In this document: piece after piece, positions 1 to 9,003 of the stretch
How positions within the stretch are numbered: position 1 is the stretch's first letter
Layout: each line of letters begins with the position of its first letter
IMG/VR virus record: IMGVR_UViG_3300010376_000073
Coordinates: 1 to 39,083 of that record
Origin: a virus
Taxonomy: Duplodnaviria; Caudoviricetes
Direction: 5' to 3' (one strand)
DNA length: 39,083 nt
Position numbers and translations under genes: made by a program
The notes under the pieces: model-generated
What the model was told of the DNA's origin: nothing
Databases searched by the model: none
What the model saw: only the letters and a program-made list of their open reading frames with translations

Positions 1-1
1 C

Positions 2-727
2 CCATAAAGAGCCTAAGATACCAGAATTTGATAATGCAGGAAGCAAGGAACTAAGAAGATTCATTCCAAGGCCACCCTGCGTATTCATGTAAGAAGCTGC
101 ATCACCTTGTACTCCCTGTAATAAACTCTGTAATTGTTGTTGAGAGGTCTGATATAAGTTTGCGGCTGTACCTAATTCATTAAGGTTTACCTGAGATAAG
201 TAGTCTGCTTGTGCTGTACCATAAGGACTACCAAAGGCTGTACCAGTTGCGCCTGCTGTACTTCCAAGAGTCGCAAGACCAGCTTGTACTTGAGGCTGCA
301 TTTGTTGTATCAGCGCATTCAATACCTGTGGATTATATCCTGCTCCTGAACCCATATAATTAGCTAGCATAGTACCTGTTCCGGGGCCATAGATATTCTG
401 CATCTGTGTTAAAAAACTGGAACCTGGAGCTATTGTATTCTGTGCATTTATATTACCTATACCACCTCCAGTTAAGAATGGATTTATATCTGTACCTGCC
501 CCAGGTATCATAGTTGGTGGTAAAACTCCTACACCCGGAACTGAAGTTGTTGCACCATCTTGTTGTGTAGCACTTCCTCCACCAGCAGCTCTCTGGTAAG
601 CTTGTACTCCCGGTAGGAAACTATAATTAGGGGCAACAGTATTAGTAGGCGTATTGCCTGGAAGTCCCTGTTGCCCCGGCATTGCCGCTCCCCTAGTTTG
701 CGGCTGTGCAAATGGTATTGTAGACAT
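2..727 (-). CDS. Putative internal virion / DNA ejection protein, 3'-truncated (absent from ORF track)
   Basis: ATG at 727-725 overlaps the TAA of the upstream gene (TAATG). The frame stays open to the window edge: MSTIPFAQPQTRGAAMPGQQG...GAGYNPQVLNALIQQMQPQVQAGLATLGS. G/A/Q/T-rich composition and position after tail genes suggest an ejection protein (inference). Confidence 0.7.
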   Translation of the reverse strand, partial: MSTIPFAQPQTRGAAMPGQQGLPGNTPTNTVAPNYSFLPGVQAYQRAAGGGSATQQDGATTSVPGVGVLPPTMIPGAGTDINPFLTGGGIGNINAQNTIAPGSSFLTQMQNIYGPGTGTMLANYMGSGAGYNPQVLNALIQQMQPQVQAGLATLGSTAGATGTAFGSPYGTAQADYLSQVNLNELGTAANLYQTSQQQLQSLLQGVQGDAASYMNTQGGLGMNLLSSLLPALSNSGILGSLW

Positions 728-1467
728 TAGCGTACACCACTTATAAACGTAAGCATTCGTTCATTAACGTTACTATAGACACTGCGAGCTTCCACAAGAG
801 ACTTTATAAGCCCCGGTTCACCAGGATCTTTGGGATCACCAAATAAAGTCGCTTTCATAAGCTGCATTACATCTGTCATGGCATTTTCCTGTGCACCTAT
901 AAAAGCAGCAAGGTCGGCTACAACTTCGAGCCATGCTTCTGGTAATAGAATTTCATCATTTAAACCATCGCTGAATGGATGTTTACGCTGATATTTTACC
1001 TGTACTGGATAGTCTTGATTAGGGCAAAATGCTACAAATACCTGTGCAGAACCGGGAGTCTGCATCTGTTCACTGTAGATAGTATAGAAGATAGGCTGAC
1101 CTGAAATAGTGGTAAGTGGCGACACTGTTTTCATATTTCTCCATTTAAGTTCTAGAAAAACTACAGTAGGAACTGTAACTGAAGATGGAACAACACCACT
1201 AACTCGAAGCATAAAGGAATCAAAGCGTGTGACTTTTATATTGCTATTTGTAAAATAAGAGACTGGATACTGAAATTTTCCCCTCTGAAGTGAAACAAGC
1301 GGACCGGGAACACTAAGTTCATCAAAGGTATATTTATCCGTTATATTACGAATAGCCGAAACTATCCAACGTGGAACATCAGACTTTATATTAGTCCGAT
1401 AACGCAGCTTCGGTGTAACACCGGGGACTAAGTTCGTACCAGTTACCATATCTTGAATAGTGGCCAT
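727..1467 (-). CDS. Putative head-tail adaptor / tail tubular protein A-like
   Basis: 246 aa in the tail cluster; C-terminal 'P..Q.Y.V.V.Y...HP....NDEILLPEAW.E.VA..AA' resembles podovirus adaptor proteins. Confidence 0.5.
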   Translation of the reverse strand: MATIQDMVTGTNLVPGVTPKLRYRTNIKSDVPRWIVSAIRNITDKYTFDELSVPGPLVSLQRGKFQYPVSYFTNSNIKVTRFDSFMLRVSGVVPSSVTVPTVVFLELKWRNMKTVSPLTTISGQPIFYTIYSEQMQTPGSAQVFVAFCPNQDYPVQVKYQRKHPFSDGLNDEILLPEAWLEVVADLAAFIGAQENAMTDVMQLMKATLFGDPKDPGEPGLIKSLVEARSVYSNVNERMLTFISGVR

Positions 1468-1887
1468 TTATAACCCAAATATCATTTCTATAGAGCCTGT
1501 TGTACCAGGAGCACCAATATACTGAACAGCAACATTTTGCAAAAATGCACCTTCCGAAGGATCAAAATAGAGCCAAATTGCTCCAGGGGATAGTGTAAGA
1601 CATGGATTAGTCGGTAGAGGATTACCCTGTATAGCAAACCAAACCTGAGCAGGACTTATTCCAATATTACGCATATAAGCTAAAGAAAATATAGTATTAA
1701 AAATTGGAACTTGTGTTCCTGTTATATAATTAAATATTTCAGAAACAACATAGGTTAAATTTACATCTGACAAAGCTCCAATAGATGATCTAACAACTTG
1801 GGTAAGAGTATTATTATTTATTCCCTGAAGTAACATTTGTAGATTCGCGGTAAATGTTGTTGATGTTGCCATTATACCATCCCCCAC
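1468..1887 (-). CDS. Hypothetical virion protein (start may be ATG 1872)
   Basis: Abuts both neighbours in the structural operon; beta-rich composition. Confidence 0.6.
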   Translation of the reverse strand: MGDGIMATSTTFTANLQMLLQGINNNTLTQVVRSSIGALSDVNLTYVVSEIFNYITGTQVPIFNTIFSLAYMRNIGISPAQVWFAIQGNPLPTNPCLTLSPGAIWLYFDPSEGAFLQNVAVQYIGAPGTTGSIEMIFGL

Positions 1888-2502
1888 TTACATATAACCT
1901 AGACCAACAAATTCTCCGGTGATAGCCGTTGTCCGCCATGTATCGCCATCATTGGATTTCATACTACGGCAGAGAGTACAGGTATTACCACCATTAGGAA
2001 TATAAAAGTCAAGAGATAAAATGGCGTCTCCTGGGTTAAGATAGCCCCAAATGGTCCTAACAGCCCCACTCCAGACGAAATTACCAACTGGAAATCCAGG
2101 GGGAACTGTTATTACACTACCTTCTACACAAACACCACAACCAACACAAAAGTTTCCTAATAAAATCCAAGTCACATCCCAATTCACGCCACTATAATCT
2201 TGTCTAGTTACAGTAACTGGTGGGCCTGGTATTCCCTGTGGAATTACAAAATCTAATATAGCTGCACTTGAACTACCTACATTACTCACACTTGCCGGTG
2301 TACCTGGGGCACCAGTACTAGTTGTACCAACACTAACAGTAGCAGATTGTCCGGGTGGTCCCTGTGTCCCAGTAGTAGTAGCTTCTGCCAGACTTACTAT
2401 AGAAGTTCTAATGCTATCAAAGTAGGCATTGTCTTGTATAGACTTATCAGTCCTTGTGTGTAATACTGGAAGCTTTACACCAGTTGGTAAGTTAATAGGC
2501 AT
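1888..2502 (-). CDS. Short tail fibre/collar protein with collagen-like segment
   Basis: GTQGPPGQSATVSVGTTSTGAPGTPASVSNVGSSSAAILDFVIPQGIPGPP is a collagen-associated repeat unit common in phage fibres. Confidence 0.6.
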   Translation of the reverse strand: MPINLPTGVKLPVLHTRTDKSIQDNAYFDSIRTSIVSLAEATTTGTQGPPGQSATVSVGTTSTGAPGTPASVSNVGSSSAAILDFVIPQGIPGPPVTVTRQDYSGVNWDVTWILLGNFCVGCGVCVEGSVITVPPGFPVGNFVWSGAVRTIWGYLNPGDAILSLDFYIPNGGNTCTLCRSMKSNDGDTWRTTAITGEFVGLGYM

Positions 2503-2507
2503 CGTCT

Positions 2508-4133
2508 TTATCTTGGAACTTCCTGACCTTCACCATAAACCGAAACTTGAACTATTTTTACTGGTCCAGAATTTGCTACACGTGTAATAGAAACTTGAAA
2601 GAAAGCATCTGTCAAGGGCTTGAAACTAAAAAAGGCCAAATATTGTAGACCATCTGCAAGTACTGCTGGCGGTGTACCACCATTGTAGTAAATCTTATCT
2701 TTTGTTGGATCACCCAATGTTAGTGTCTGTGATTCATTATACATTGGACCTGTAAGAGATACAGTTATAGATCCAACACCAATATTAATATATGATATCC
2801 CAATCCAACTCACACTAAGATAAGTAAGATCCTGTTGGCCTTCTATCTTGAAAATATAAGTTCCTGGTGATTCACAGTCTAGATTAGAAAGATCATATTG
2901 ATATAAAACTGTATTAACTGGAACTAGTAAATTACCCGGTATTGGAGCTGTATTAGTATCTACAAAAATTGGCTGTGCTGACGGAGTCAGACCTAACGAA
3001 AGCTCTTCACGAACCCAATTTCTATTATGCAAATCATAAGTCCAGACAATAGTTGGTACATTAAAGGCACCTATGAAAAGTTTGTACACCAAGTAACGAT
3101 AGTTTGCGGCATCTCTAGGGGAAATGGAAGCATAGATATTCTGTGTATAAGGATAGAAGTCAGGATTATATTGTGCTATATCATAGATTATTTGATCTAT
3201 AACCTTGTCTCCTACAGTACTAATTGAGTTAATAGTAAGATTATAGACATTATCCTCTGATATAAGAATTGCCAATGCACCATATTGAGCACGAGTATTT
3301 GGGAATACCTGACCTATACCTAGCTGAGAAGCCCACAAGTGATTAAAATCAAAAGGCTGTAATCCATTACCCGTAGGAGTTACTTGCGTAATACCGTTTG
3401 TACGGAGAATGTACCCAACATTTCCTAGCGATAGTGTACCAGTAATAATATCAGAGGCATCTAGAAGATCTACAAAACCCCATGCATTATTAATTGCTGG
3501 AGTACCACTAGAAGAAGTTGGATTACCAGACCACTGATCTATGTGCGGTCCAGCGGACCAACGTACACGCTGCTGGATGTTCTGTCCTCCTTCTATAGTA
3601 TTAGCTATTATTAAGAACTGAGCTAACTCCATTAAAAAGTTTGCGCCATACTGTCCTTGCGTCAGATCTACTATTCCTGCACCAGGGCCAGATATAAAGT
3701 ATACATGCTGAGAACCATCTACAAAAGCCATTCCTGCTGTAGGTACTATTGAACCTCCTATATATCCAGCAGTATTAATCCAATCCCAGATAAAAGTACT
3801 AGCAGCACCTAGAGAACCTTCATTTTGCCAAAGATCACCATGAAGAGATTGAAGTGTTGGATTTTGACCTATCCCAGCAGAACCTACATGAGCATATAAC
3901 CAATAAGATACAGTATAACTTGTCCTAGTATCTAATCCTAGACCAAGACCAGTTATTTCACCATTTGTAGGTGAAATTCCAGGGAATGGTTGAAATCTAA
4001 AGCGACTCTGAATATAATTTTGACGCAAGACAAAATTGTTGATAGAAGGCGCAGCCTGTCGTGACACAAACTGCGCCGGGGTAGAGACATCCATTCCTTC
4101 AAAAGGAGGGTTGTATTGGGCTACAAGGGCCAC
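2508..4133 (-). CDS. Tail nozzle / packaged-DNA stabilisation protein (P22 gp10 / tubular B-like)
   Basis: 541 aa, beta-propeller-like composition, 'QRVRWS...IDQW' and 'VWTYD....W' motifs; position in tail cluster. Confidence 0.6.
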   Translation of the reverse strand: MALVAQYNPPFEGMDVSTPAQFVSRQAAPSINNFVLRQNYIQSRFRFQPFPGISPTNGEITGLGLGLDTRTSYTVSYWLYAHVGSAGIGQNPTLQSLHGDLWQNEGSLGAASTFIWDWINTAGYIGGSIVPTAGMAFVDGSQHVYFISGPGAGIVDLTQGQYGANFLMELAQFLIIANTIEGGQNIQQRVRWSAGPHIDQWSGNPTSSSGTPAINNAWGFVDLLDASDIITGTLSLGNVGYILRTNGITQVTPTGNGLQPFDFNHLWASQLGIGQVFPNTRAQYGALAILISEDNVYNLTINSISTVGDKVIDQIIYDIAQYNPDFYPYTQNIYASISPRDAANYRYLVYKLFIGAFNVPTIVWTYDLHNRNWVREELSLGLTPSAQPIFVDTNTAPIPGNLLVPVNTVLYQYDLSNLDCESPGTYIFKIEGQQDLTYLSVSWIGISYINIGVGSITVSLTGPMYNESQTLTLGDPTKDKIYYNGGTPPAVLADGLQYLAFFSFKPLTDAFFQVSITRVANSGPVKIVQVSVYGEGQEVPR

Positions 4134-4136
4134 GGT

Positions 4137-4418
4137 TTATGCTCTACCAGCACCTACGGAGATATGAATCACCCCCGAACCAAGAGTTAATACTTGTATA
4201 CCTACGGGATACCAACCCAGAAAGCCAAAGTTTTGTACAAAATTGGCAGCATAGGCTTTGGAATCTACTATAGGTACGCCAGTGATAGAGTTGATTACAA
4301 GACTATCTCCAGCGGCAACTTGGTCTGTCCACCACAGATTTGTAATTTTAACTGGCCCATGATATACAAATGGAAGAGTATCTATTCGCCATACGGGGCC
4401 TTGTATATTATTAGCCAT
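4137..4418 (-). CDS. Hypothetical small virion protein
   Basis: 93 aa, overlaps upstream gene, GGAG RBS. Confidence 0.6.
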   Translation of the reverse strand: MANNIQGPVWRIDTLPFVYHGPVKITNLWWTDQVAAGDSLVINSITGVPIVDSKAYAANFVQNFGFLGWYPVGIQVLTLGSGVIHISVGAGRA

Positions 4419-4743
4419 GTACTACTCCATAGAATGGTTTCTGTCTTCCAAGGCCATTCTTTTTCTTAAGTATCAGTTCTTCATGTACCTTTTCTTCCTT
4501 AACACGAAGCTTCTCCGTTTCAAACATCTCTAACATACGCAGAGATTCTACCTTACCAAAACCAATAGAAAGATTCTTTTTTGCTGTCACTACGTCTTTT
4601 GCATTGCTGTCAGAGACAAACTCACGTACAGAAGTACATTCGTGACTAAGTGCTTCGACATTGTTCTTGTACATATCGCACCAATAGCACACATCTCTAT
4701 AGTTATATTCATGTGCCTTTGACTGTTGTCCGGGCTTTGCCAT
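4411..4743 (-). CDS. Hypothetical protein
   Basis: 110 aa with CYWC; tightly packed in operon. Confidence 0.6.
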   Translation of the reverse strand: MAKPGQQSKAHEYNYRDVCYWCDMYKNNVEALSHECTSVREFVSDSNAKDVVTAKKNLSIGFGKVESLRMLEMFETEKLRVKEEKVHEELILKKKNGLGRQKPFYGVVHG

Positions 4744-4755
4744 ATTTGTAGCCCC

Positions 4756-5013
4756 CTAAAGCATGATTTCGTCTATAATAGTTCCAACATTTGGCTGTGT
4801 TAATTTACGATCAGGAGTTAGTTCTAATTGTGGCCCTGAGGTAAGAACGCGCATCATTATTACTTCACGTTCACCTATAAGCATCGTATCCTGATCCCAA
4901 GGACATACAAGTAAACCCTGTATCCATTTTAAATCAGTAAGATGTATTCTCCGCCAACACCTGTTACAGTAGTGGTACGGAGAATACATCCATGTTCGTT
5001 GCAAGTTTGCCAT
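4756..5013 (-). CDS. Small Cys-containing phage protein
   Basis: YCNRC...LLVCPWDQD pattern, of a kind often seen downstream of podovirus capsid genes. Confidence 0.6.
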   Translation of the reverse strand: MANLQRTWMYSPYHYCNRCWRRIHLTDLKWIQGLLVCPWDQDTMLIGEREVIMMRVLTSGPQLELTPDRKLTQPNVGTIIDEIML

Positions 5014-5014
5014 G

Positions 5015-5116
5015 CTACGCTACTTTTTCTGGCGGCTCCGGTTCAGGATGTGGCTTGTTTGGATCATTTGGATCATGTGGTTTTGGTGTTGGTTTTGTTG
5101 GGTCTTGATGCTGCAT
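5015..5116 (-). CDS. 33-aa Pro-rich mini-protein (absent from ORF track)
   Basis: MQHQDPTKPTPKPHDPNDPNKPHPEPEPPEKVA*; AAGGGA upstream; stop lies 1 nt before the next ATG (5013). Confidence 0.5.
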   Translation of the reverse strand: MQHQDPTKPTPKPHDPNDPNKPHPEPEPPEKVA

Positions 5117-5137
5117 TTTTCATCCCTTCTTAAAATC

Positions 5138-5167
5138 GGGAGCCAGAGTAAGGAATCTCTAGCTCCC
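5138..5167 (-). terminator. Probable intrinsic terminator after the capsid genes
   Basis: Minus strand GGGAGCTAGAG-N8-CTCTGGCTCCC followed by GATTTT; overlaps the stop of the upstream ORF. Confidence 0.55.
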
Positions 5168-5635
5168 AGTTGACTGTCCAGAGGAACTCGTTGGCATTTC
5201 TGACATGGGCTTAAACTCACCACTTTCTAAATCTTCAGAAGTAGCTTGTTCCAAACCATGTTCTATACGATACTTATGCACCTTCTTCTTAATTTCTTCC
5301 AAAGCCTTTTCATCCGGTGGCTTTACATCATACTTTTTAGCAGCTATGTGCTTTTCAAGTATTCTCTTCGCCGTTAGATGAAGCTCTGTAGAAGGTACAG
5401 AAGCTGTAGCATGATAATCTGGAAGTATAGACACAGCCCACTGTAACAGCTCATCTTCTGACAAACCCTGATTAGGATCAGGCTTCGGCTGTTCTACTTT
5501 CTTAAATTTCTCCTGTGATTCTGGAGCAGGAGTTTGCTGATGTTCTTCCTTCTGGGCTTCCTGCTGTTGCCATTGTTGCTGCTCATCCATAGCTTTTTCC
5601 TTCTTCTGCTTGAACTGAAATTTGGCTGCTTCCAT
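5159..5635 (-). CDS. Hypothetical Q/E/K-rich protein
   Basis: Track ORF 5159..5698; start moved to ATG 5635 (or 5590) just after the capsid stop. Confidence 0.6.
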   Translation of the reverse strand: MEAAKFQFKQKKEKAMDEQQQWQQQEAQKEEHQQTPAPESQEKFKKVEQPKPDPNQGLSEDELLQWAVSILPDYHATASVPSTELHLTAKRILEKHIAAKKYDVKPPDEKALEEIKKKVHKYRIEHGLEQATSEDLESGEFKPMSEMPTSSSGQSTGS

Positions 5636-5645
5636 ATATTCGCCC

Positions 5646-6599
5646 TCAAGGACCATTACTGCCCCAAGTGCCAATCCAATGTGTAGCACCAGCGGCAATA
5701 CGCATAAAGGTTAGCATCTTGACGGCCTGTGTGTCAAAGTCATCATCATAGTCTGTATCTACTGTCTTTCTCCACTTAAACTTTAACTGATGATGTTCTT
5801 TGTTAGTAACCGCATACCATGCTGTTGCACTTGTTAGATAAGAACAAACCATATAGGTAAGCTCTTCTCCAACCAGTGCATTGATTTCATTAGTATTCAC
5901 ACCGGGTTTACCAGGACTGCCCAGTAATTCACGAGCAGTAAAAATCAACTCCGGGGGAATTATCAGCATTGTCGGACGCATATGTACAGGCAGACCCATA
6001 CTATCCGTCATGCGGTTAAAGTGGTTCGTCATTAACTGGATGGATGTGAAGCTGAGATCGAGATCAACAGCAGGACGATTAGGGTAGGTACCAGCCACAC
6101 TAATAACGTTTCCAAGTCCGGGTCCAGTATTAGTAGCAACAACGCCACCAAGCAAAGGATGCTGATTGTTAAACAGGCTAACGCCGTCCGTTGTGACGAC
6201 TGTAGAAAAGCCATTGTTGAAAATGTTCCAAGGAACCATTTCTTCTGTAAACGCGATACTATGAGCAAGAGCTTTTGGTGCTTGCTTTATTATCCCGTAC
6301 AGATCATCTTGAATTAACTCGTAGGAGCAGCGTGCTCCCATTGCATACTTCAGTGGTACATAACGCTTTGTACCGCCTTGAATCAGATCGAAGTATGCTA
6401 CATTTTCGCCTTCAGTTAACTCTGGCGCCGGTCCTGTTCCAGCAAACTGGACTTCATCTTCAAAGGCTTTTGTTGTGTTATCGATGTTGAAAACCTTGTC
6501 ATACTGTCTATCACGATGCTTCAGGTCAAGGAATTCAACAAAATTATGTTCGATCCCAGGTGCTAGTACCTGGGCGTACATAGCACGAATCATCGCCAT
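5646..6599 (-). CDS. Major capsid protein
   Basis: 317 aa; N-terminus MAMIRAMYAQVLAPGI, 'DGVSLF...HP', 'P.MLIIPPEL', C-terminus 'W.G.WGS.G' match a widespread HK97-fold (Mu gpT-like) capsid family; AGGAG RBS; follows portal and scaffold. Confidence 0.85.
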   Translation of the reverse strand: MAMIRAMYAQVLAPGIEHNFVEFLDLKHRDRQYDKVFNIDNTTKAFEDEVQFAGTGPAPELTEGENVAYFDLIQGGTKRYVPLKYAMGARCSYELIQDDLYGIIKQAPKALAHSIAFTEEMVPWNIFNNGFSTVVTTDGVSLFNNQHPLLGGVVATNTGPGLGNVISVAGTYPNRPAVDLDLSFTSIQLMTNHFNRMTDSMGLPVHMRPTMLIIPPELIFTARELLGSPGKPGVNTNEINALVGEELTYMVCSYLTSATAWYAVTNKEHHQLKFKWRKTVDTDYDDDFDTQAVKMLTFMRIAAGATHWIGTWGSNGP

Positions 6600-6621
6600 T
6601 GTATTCGCTCCTAGATACTAG

Positions 6622-7269
6622 TTAGACAAGCAATTGTGAAACTGTCGGAAGAAATGTAAACCATACTCTTCCAAAAGGTGTACCGAGGGCATCTGCGGGA
6701 TTTAGTTGCTTTATAACCAAAACCGCATTAGCAGCACCAGTCTTGCCAAGATCTACATACCATTGACCACCACTATCTATGGTCATGCCATATTGACCTC
6801 CAACAAGAGTTACTGCTATAACAGCCGTGCCAGTTACATTATTGTCAATCTGTGCCTCAAACCATGTATCAGGTACAGCTAACTCAATAACTAAACGGCC
6901 ATCTGCAAGAGGCGCGCCTCGTGGTATATTCACGGCATTGCCTATAGGTGGACGCTGGTTCTGAACACTTCCAAATGTTAAATTAGAACCAAGCTGTACA
7001 GACCCAAATGGCTGTGTTGGCGCACCTTGTGCATTTGTTGAAAGGTTATTTGCCTGACCGGGACTAACCCCCAATATGCCGCTAGCAGGAGGTGTGATGT
7101 TAGTACCATCCCAAGCGGCAATATAACCTGCGGGGTTTCTCATTACTGGCGTTCCCCCATAGAATGTCTGACCGGCAGCCTCACCAATCTGGCCTGTTGT
7201 AAGTGGAGAATTGCCAGAGGTAGTCTTAACCTGTCGGATAAACTGATGGAGGGCTAATCCTGCTGCCAT
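6622..7269 (-). CDS. Putative capsid decoration/cement protein
   Basis: 215 aa, G/A/T-rich, 'F.G.PV....G.I' and 'P.T.FE.Q' pattern; directly upstream of the capsid gene; AGGAG RBS. Confidence 0.55.
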   Translation of the reverse strand: MAAGLALHQFIRQVKTTSGNSPLTTGQIGEAAGQTFYGGTPVMRNPAGYIAAWDGTNITPPASGILGVSPGQANNLSTNAQGAPTQPFGSVQLGSNLTFGSVQNQRPPIGNAVNIPRGAPLADGRLVIELAVPDTWFEAQIDNNVTGTAVIAVTLVGGQYGMTIDSGGQWYVDLGKTGAANAVLVIKQLNPADALGTPFGRVWFTFLPTVSQLLV

Positions 7270-7287
7270 AAACCATCTCCTTTAAAG

Positions 7288-7953
7288 TCATATTCCTTTT
7301 TTATCTTGCTCACTCTGGCTTGGAATGTAAATACCAATCTTATCAGCTACATCCTTAAAGCTATAACCTTCATTCGTAATACCCTGCCTTAAGACCTTAT
7401 TAGCCTGCTCATTCATATTACGATGAAGTTCACGCTGTGAAACCCTAGCTGCGCTAGTGATTGCATTGTGTTTATACCACCCATATAAAATTTTAGTGGG
7501 AATTACCATTAGAACTACATCGTGATACTTAATTCCCTCGGGTTTTATCATCGTAGAACTTGGATCAAGTCCAATTATCTCCTCTGGACGGGCAAGACGA
7601 AAACCCATTGCTTTCTTTTCTTCTAGAAAACGCCCTTCATCCGACTTCCAATTTACCCAACGAGGCCGCCATTCTGGGTCTTTACAACGAACATCCAGCA
7701 TTGTAGGAATTTGTCGCGGAATCGCTACAATGCTAGATGCCATAAAGTCATCAAGAGCAGGATTTACTTCTTTTTCACGTGTCCTATCGCTTTCATTCTG
7801 GTCTGTGTTGCTTTGGACCCCTTTTTGCTCACTGTTCCCGGTTTTGGCCTCGGCATGGTCAAATATCTCCTTTGATGAAGGTTGACTTACAACAGTAACA
7901 GGTACCTGCATTGCGGACTTAGAACTAACTGGAATGCCCTTAAAATCAGCCAT
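7288..7953 (-). CDS. Head-module hypothetical protein
   Basis: 'RWVN......G.......GF' and 'DVVLMVIP' motifs typical of the gene between scaffold and capsid in such phages. Confidence 0.6.
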   Translation of the reverse strand: MADFKGIPVSSKSAMQVPVTVVSQPSSKEIFDHAEAKTGNSEQKGVQSNTDQNESDRTREKEVNPALDDFMASSIVAIPRQIPTMLDVRCKDPEWRPRWVNWKSDEGRFLEEKKAMGFRLARPEEIIGLDPSSTMIKPEGIKYHDVVLMVIPTKILYGWYKHNAITSAARVSQRELHRNMNEQANKVLRQGITNEGYSFKDVADKIGIYIPSQSEQDKKGI

Positions 7954-7954
7954 A

Positions 7955-8650
7955 CTACCTTCTTATTTCAAATTTATTAACGTTTTCAGCATAAGTCTTC
8001 AATGGAACACCAAGACCCTCAGCTATACGCTTTTGTTCAGCAGTCAAAGACTCCACCGGATCTTTCTTTTCCGGTTCATTACGCATCATAACAGCATTTC
8101 CAGCCGGTTCTATCCAGAATTTCCCACTTTTCTGATTTTGATCCCGAATTATATCATCATGATGCTTTCCTTTTACCGCAAAATAGCAATTTCTCCAGAA
8201 ATCTTCTAAAACTTTGCTCTGCAAAGGTGAAGATTTGGAAATTTCATCTATTTCATCATTAAAAAGGTGCCAATCATGATATTGTGCACTGAGATTATCC
8301 ATTACATTTCGCTTTGCAATCATCGCGCGTGTATCAAGAGTTGTTCCTACAAGTGGCGCTATACGCTCTTGAAAAGCTTTATCTGCGTCAATTCCCCACT
8401 CTGTAAGCTCTGGTTGCCTTGGATTTTCAGGAGTCGAGACAGATTGCACAGGTTCTGAACGAGTCTTCATTGCATTCAAGGATTCTGTCAAATTTTGTAT
8501 CAACTCATTCTGTCTCGTCACTGTTTCCTTGTTCTCTTTCAACATTTTCTCAAGATCATCAAACTTTGACAAGCGCGCTTTAGCAGTAGCAGCATCAGTT
8601 CCAAATAATTCTTGAGACAATTCATCGGGACTTTTCTCTTTCCAAGGCAT
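7955..8650 (-). CDS. Putative scaffolding protein
   Basis: Helical/coiled-coil; C-terminal 'LTAEQKRIAEGLGVPLKTYA' is a typical scaffold tail; located between portal and capsid genes. Confidence 0.65.
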   Translation of the reverse strand: MPWKEKSPDELSQELFGTDAATAKARLSKFDDLEKMLKENKETVTRQNELIQNLTESLNAMKTRSEPVQSVSTPENPRQPELTEWGIDADKAFQERIAPLVGTTLDTRAMIAKRNVMDNLSAQYHDWHLFNDEIDEISKSSPLQSKVLEDFWRNCYFAVKGKHHDDIIRDQNQKSGKFWIEPAGNAVMMRNEPEKKDPVESLTAEQKRIAEGLGVPLKTYAENVNKFEIRR

Positions 8651-9003
8651 TACTGTATCCCTTTCTCAAAAGCTTCTAACTGTATAGCGTACTCTTTTTC
8701 AACACGATCAGAAGCTTTTATTGCATCATGCATACCTAAAATTTCATCTATAACTTGTATCTTTCCCCGAAGTATGTCCATTTCTACACTTTGTGGCTTA
8801 AGTATTAATAGCCTATTGTACTCTTGGCGCACCTCCGAGAGGTACTGGAATATTGGGCTGTTCCGCAATGTTACCAGTTCCCCCAGCACCCGCTCCTTGT
8901 TGCGGACTACCAGTCGGTAAAATGGGCTGTTGCGGTACATTTTGAGCTGTTGCTCCTGTAAGACTTCCTGCGGCCCCTCCTGCTGTTCGTTGCTTATTGG
9001 CAT
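8650..9003 (-). CDS. Small protein downstream of portal
   Basis: 'LRGKIQVIDEIL' resembles the usual post-portal small gene; stop overlaps scaffold ATG; 5' part overlaps portal. Confidence 0.6.
   Translation of the reverse strand: MPISNEQQEGPQEVLQEQQLKMYRNSPFYRLVVRNKERVLGELVTLRNSPIFQYLSEVRQEYNRLLILKPQSVEMDILRGKIQVIDEILGMHDAIKASDRVEKEYAIQLEAFEKGIQ

Noticed and set aside
529-711. Track ORF of 60 aa on the minus strand
   Set aside because: Out-of-frame shadow of the longer edge-truncated CDS 2..727.
5020-5223. Track ORF of 67 aa
   Set aside because: It spans the terminator and overlaps the upstream gene; the 5015..5116 frame has a better start context.
5580-5698. Capsid stop read-through or frameshift extension
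   Set aside because: Read-through adds only about 20 residues, no clear slippery site is visible, and the downstream ORF has its own ATGs.
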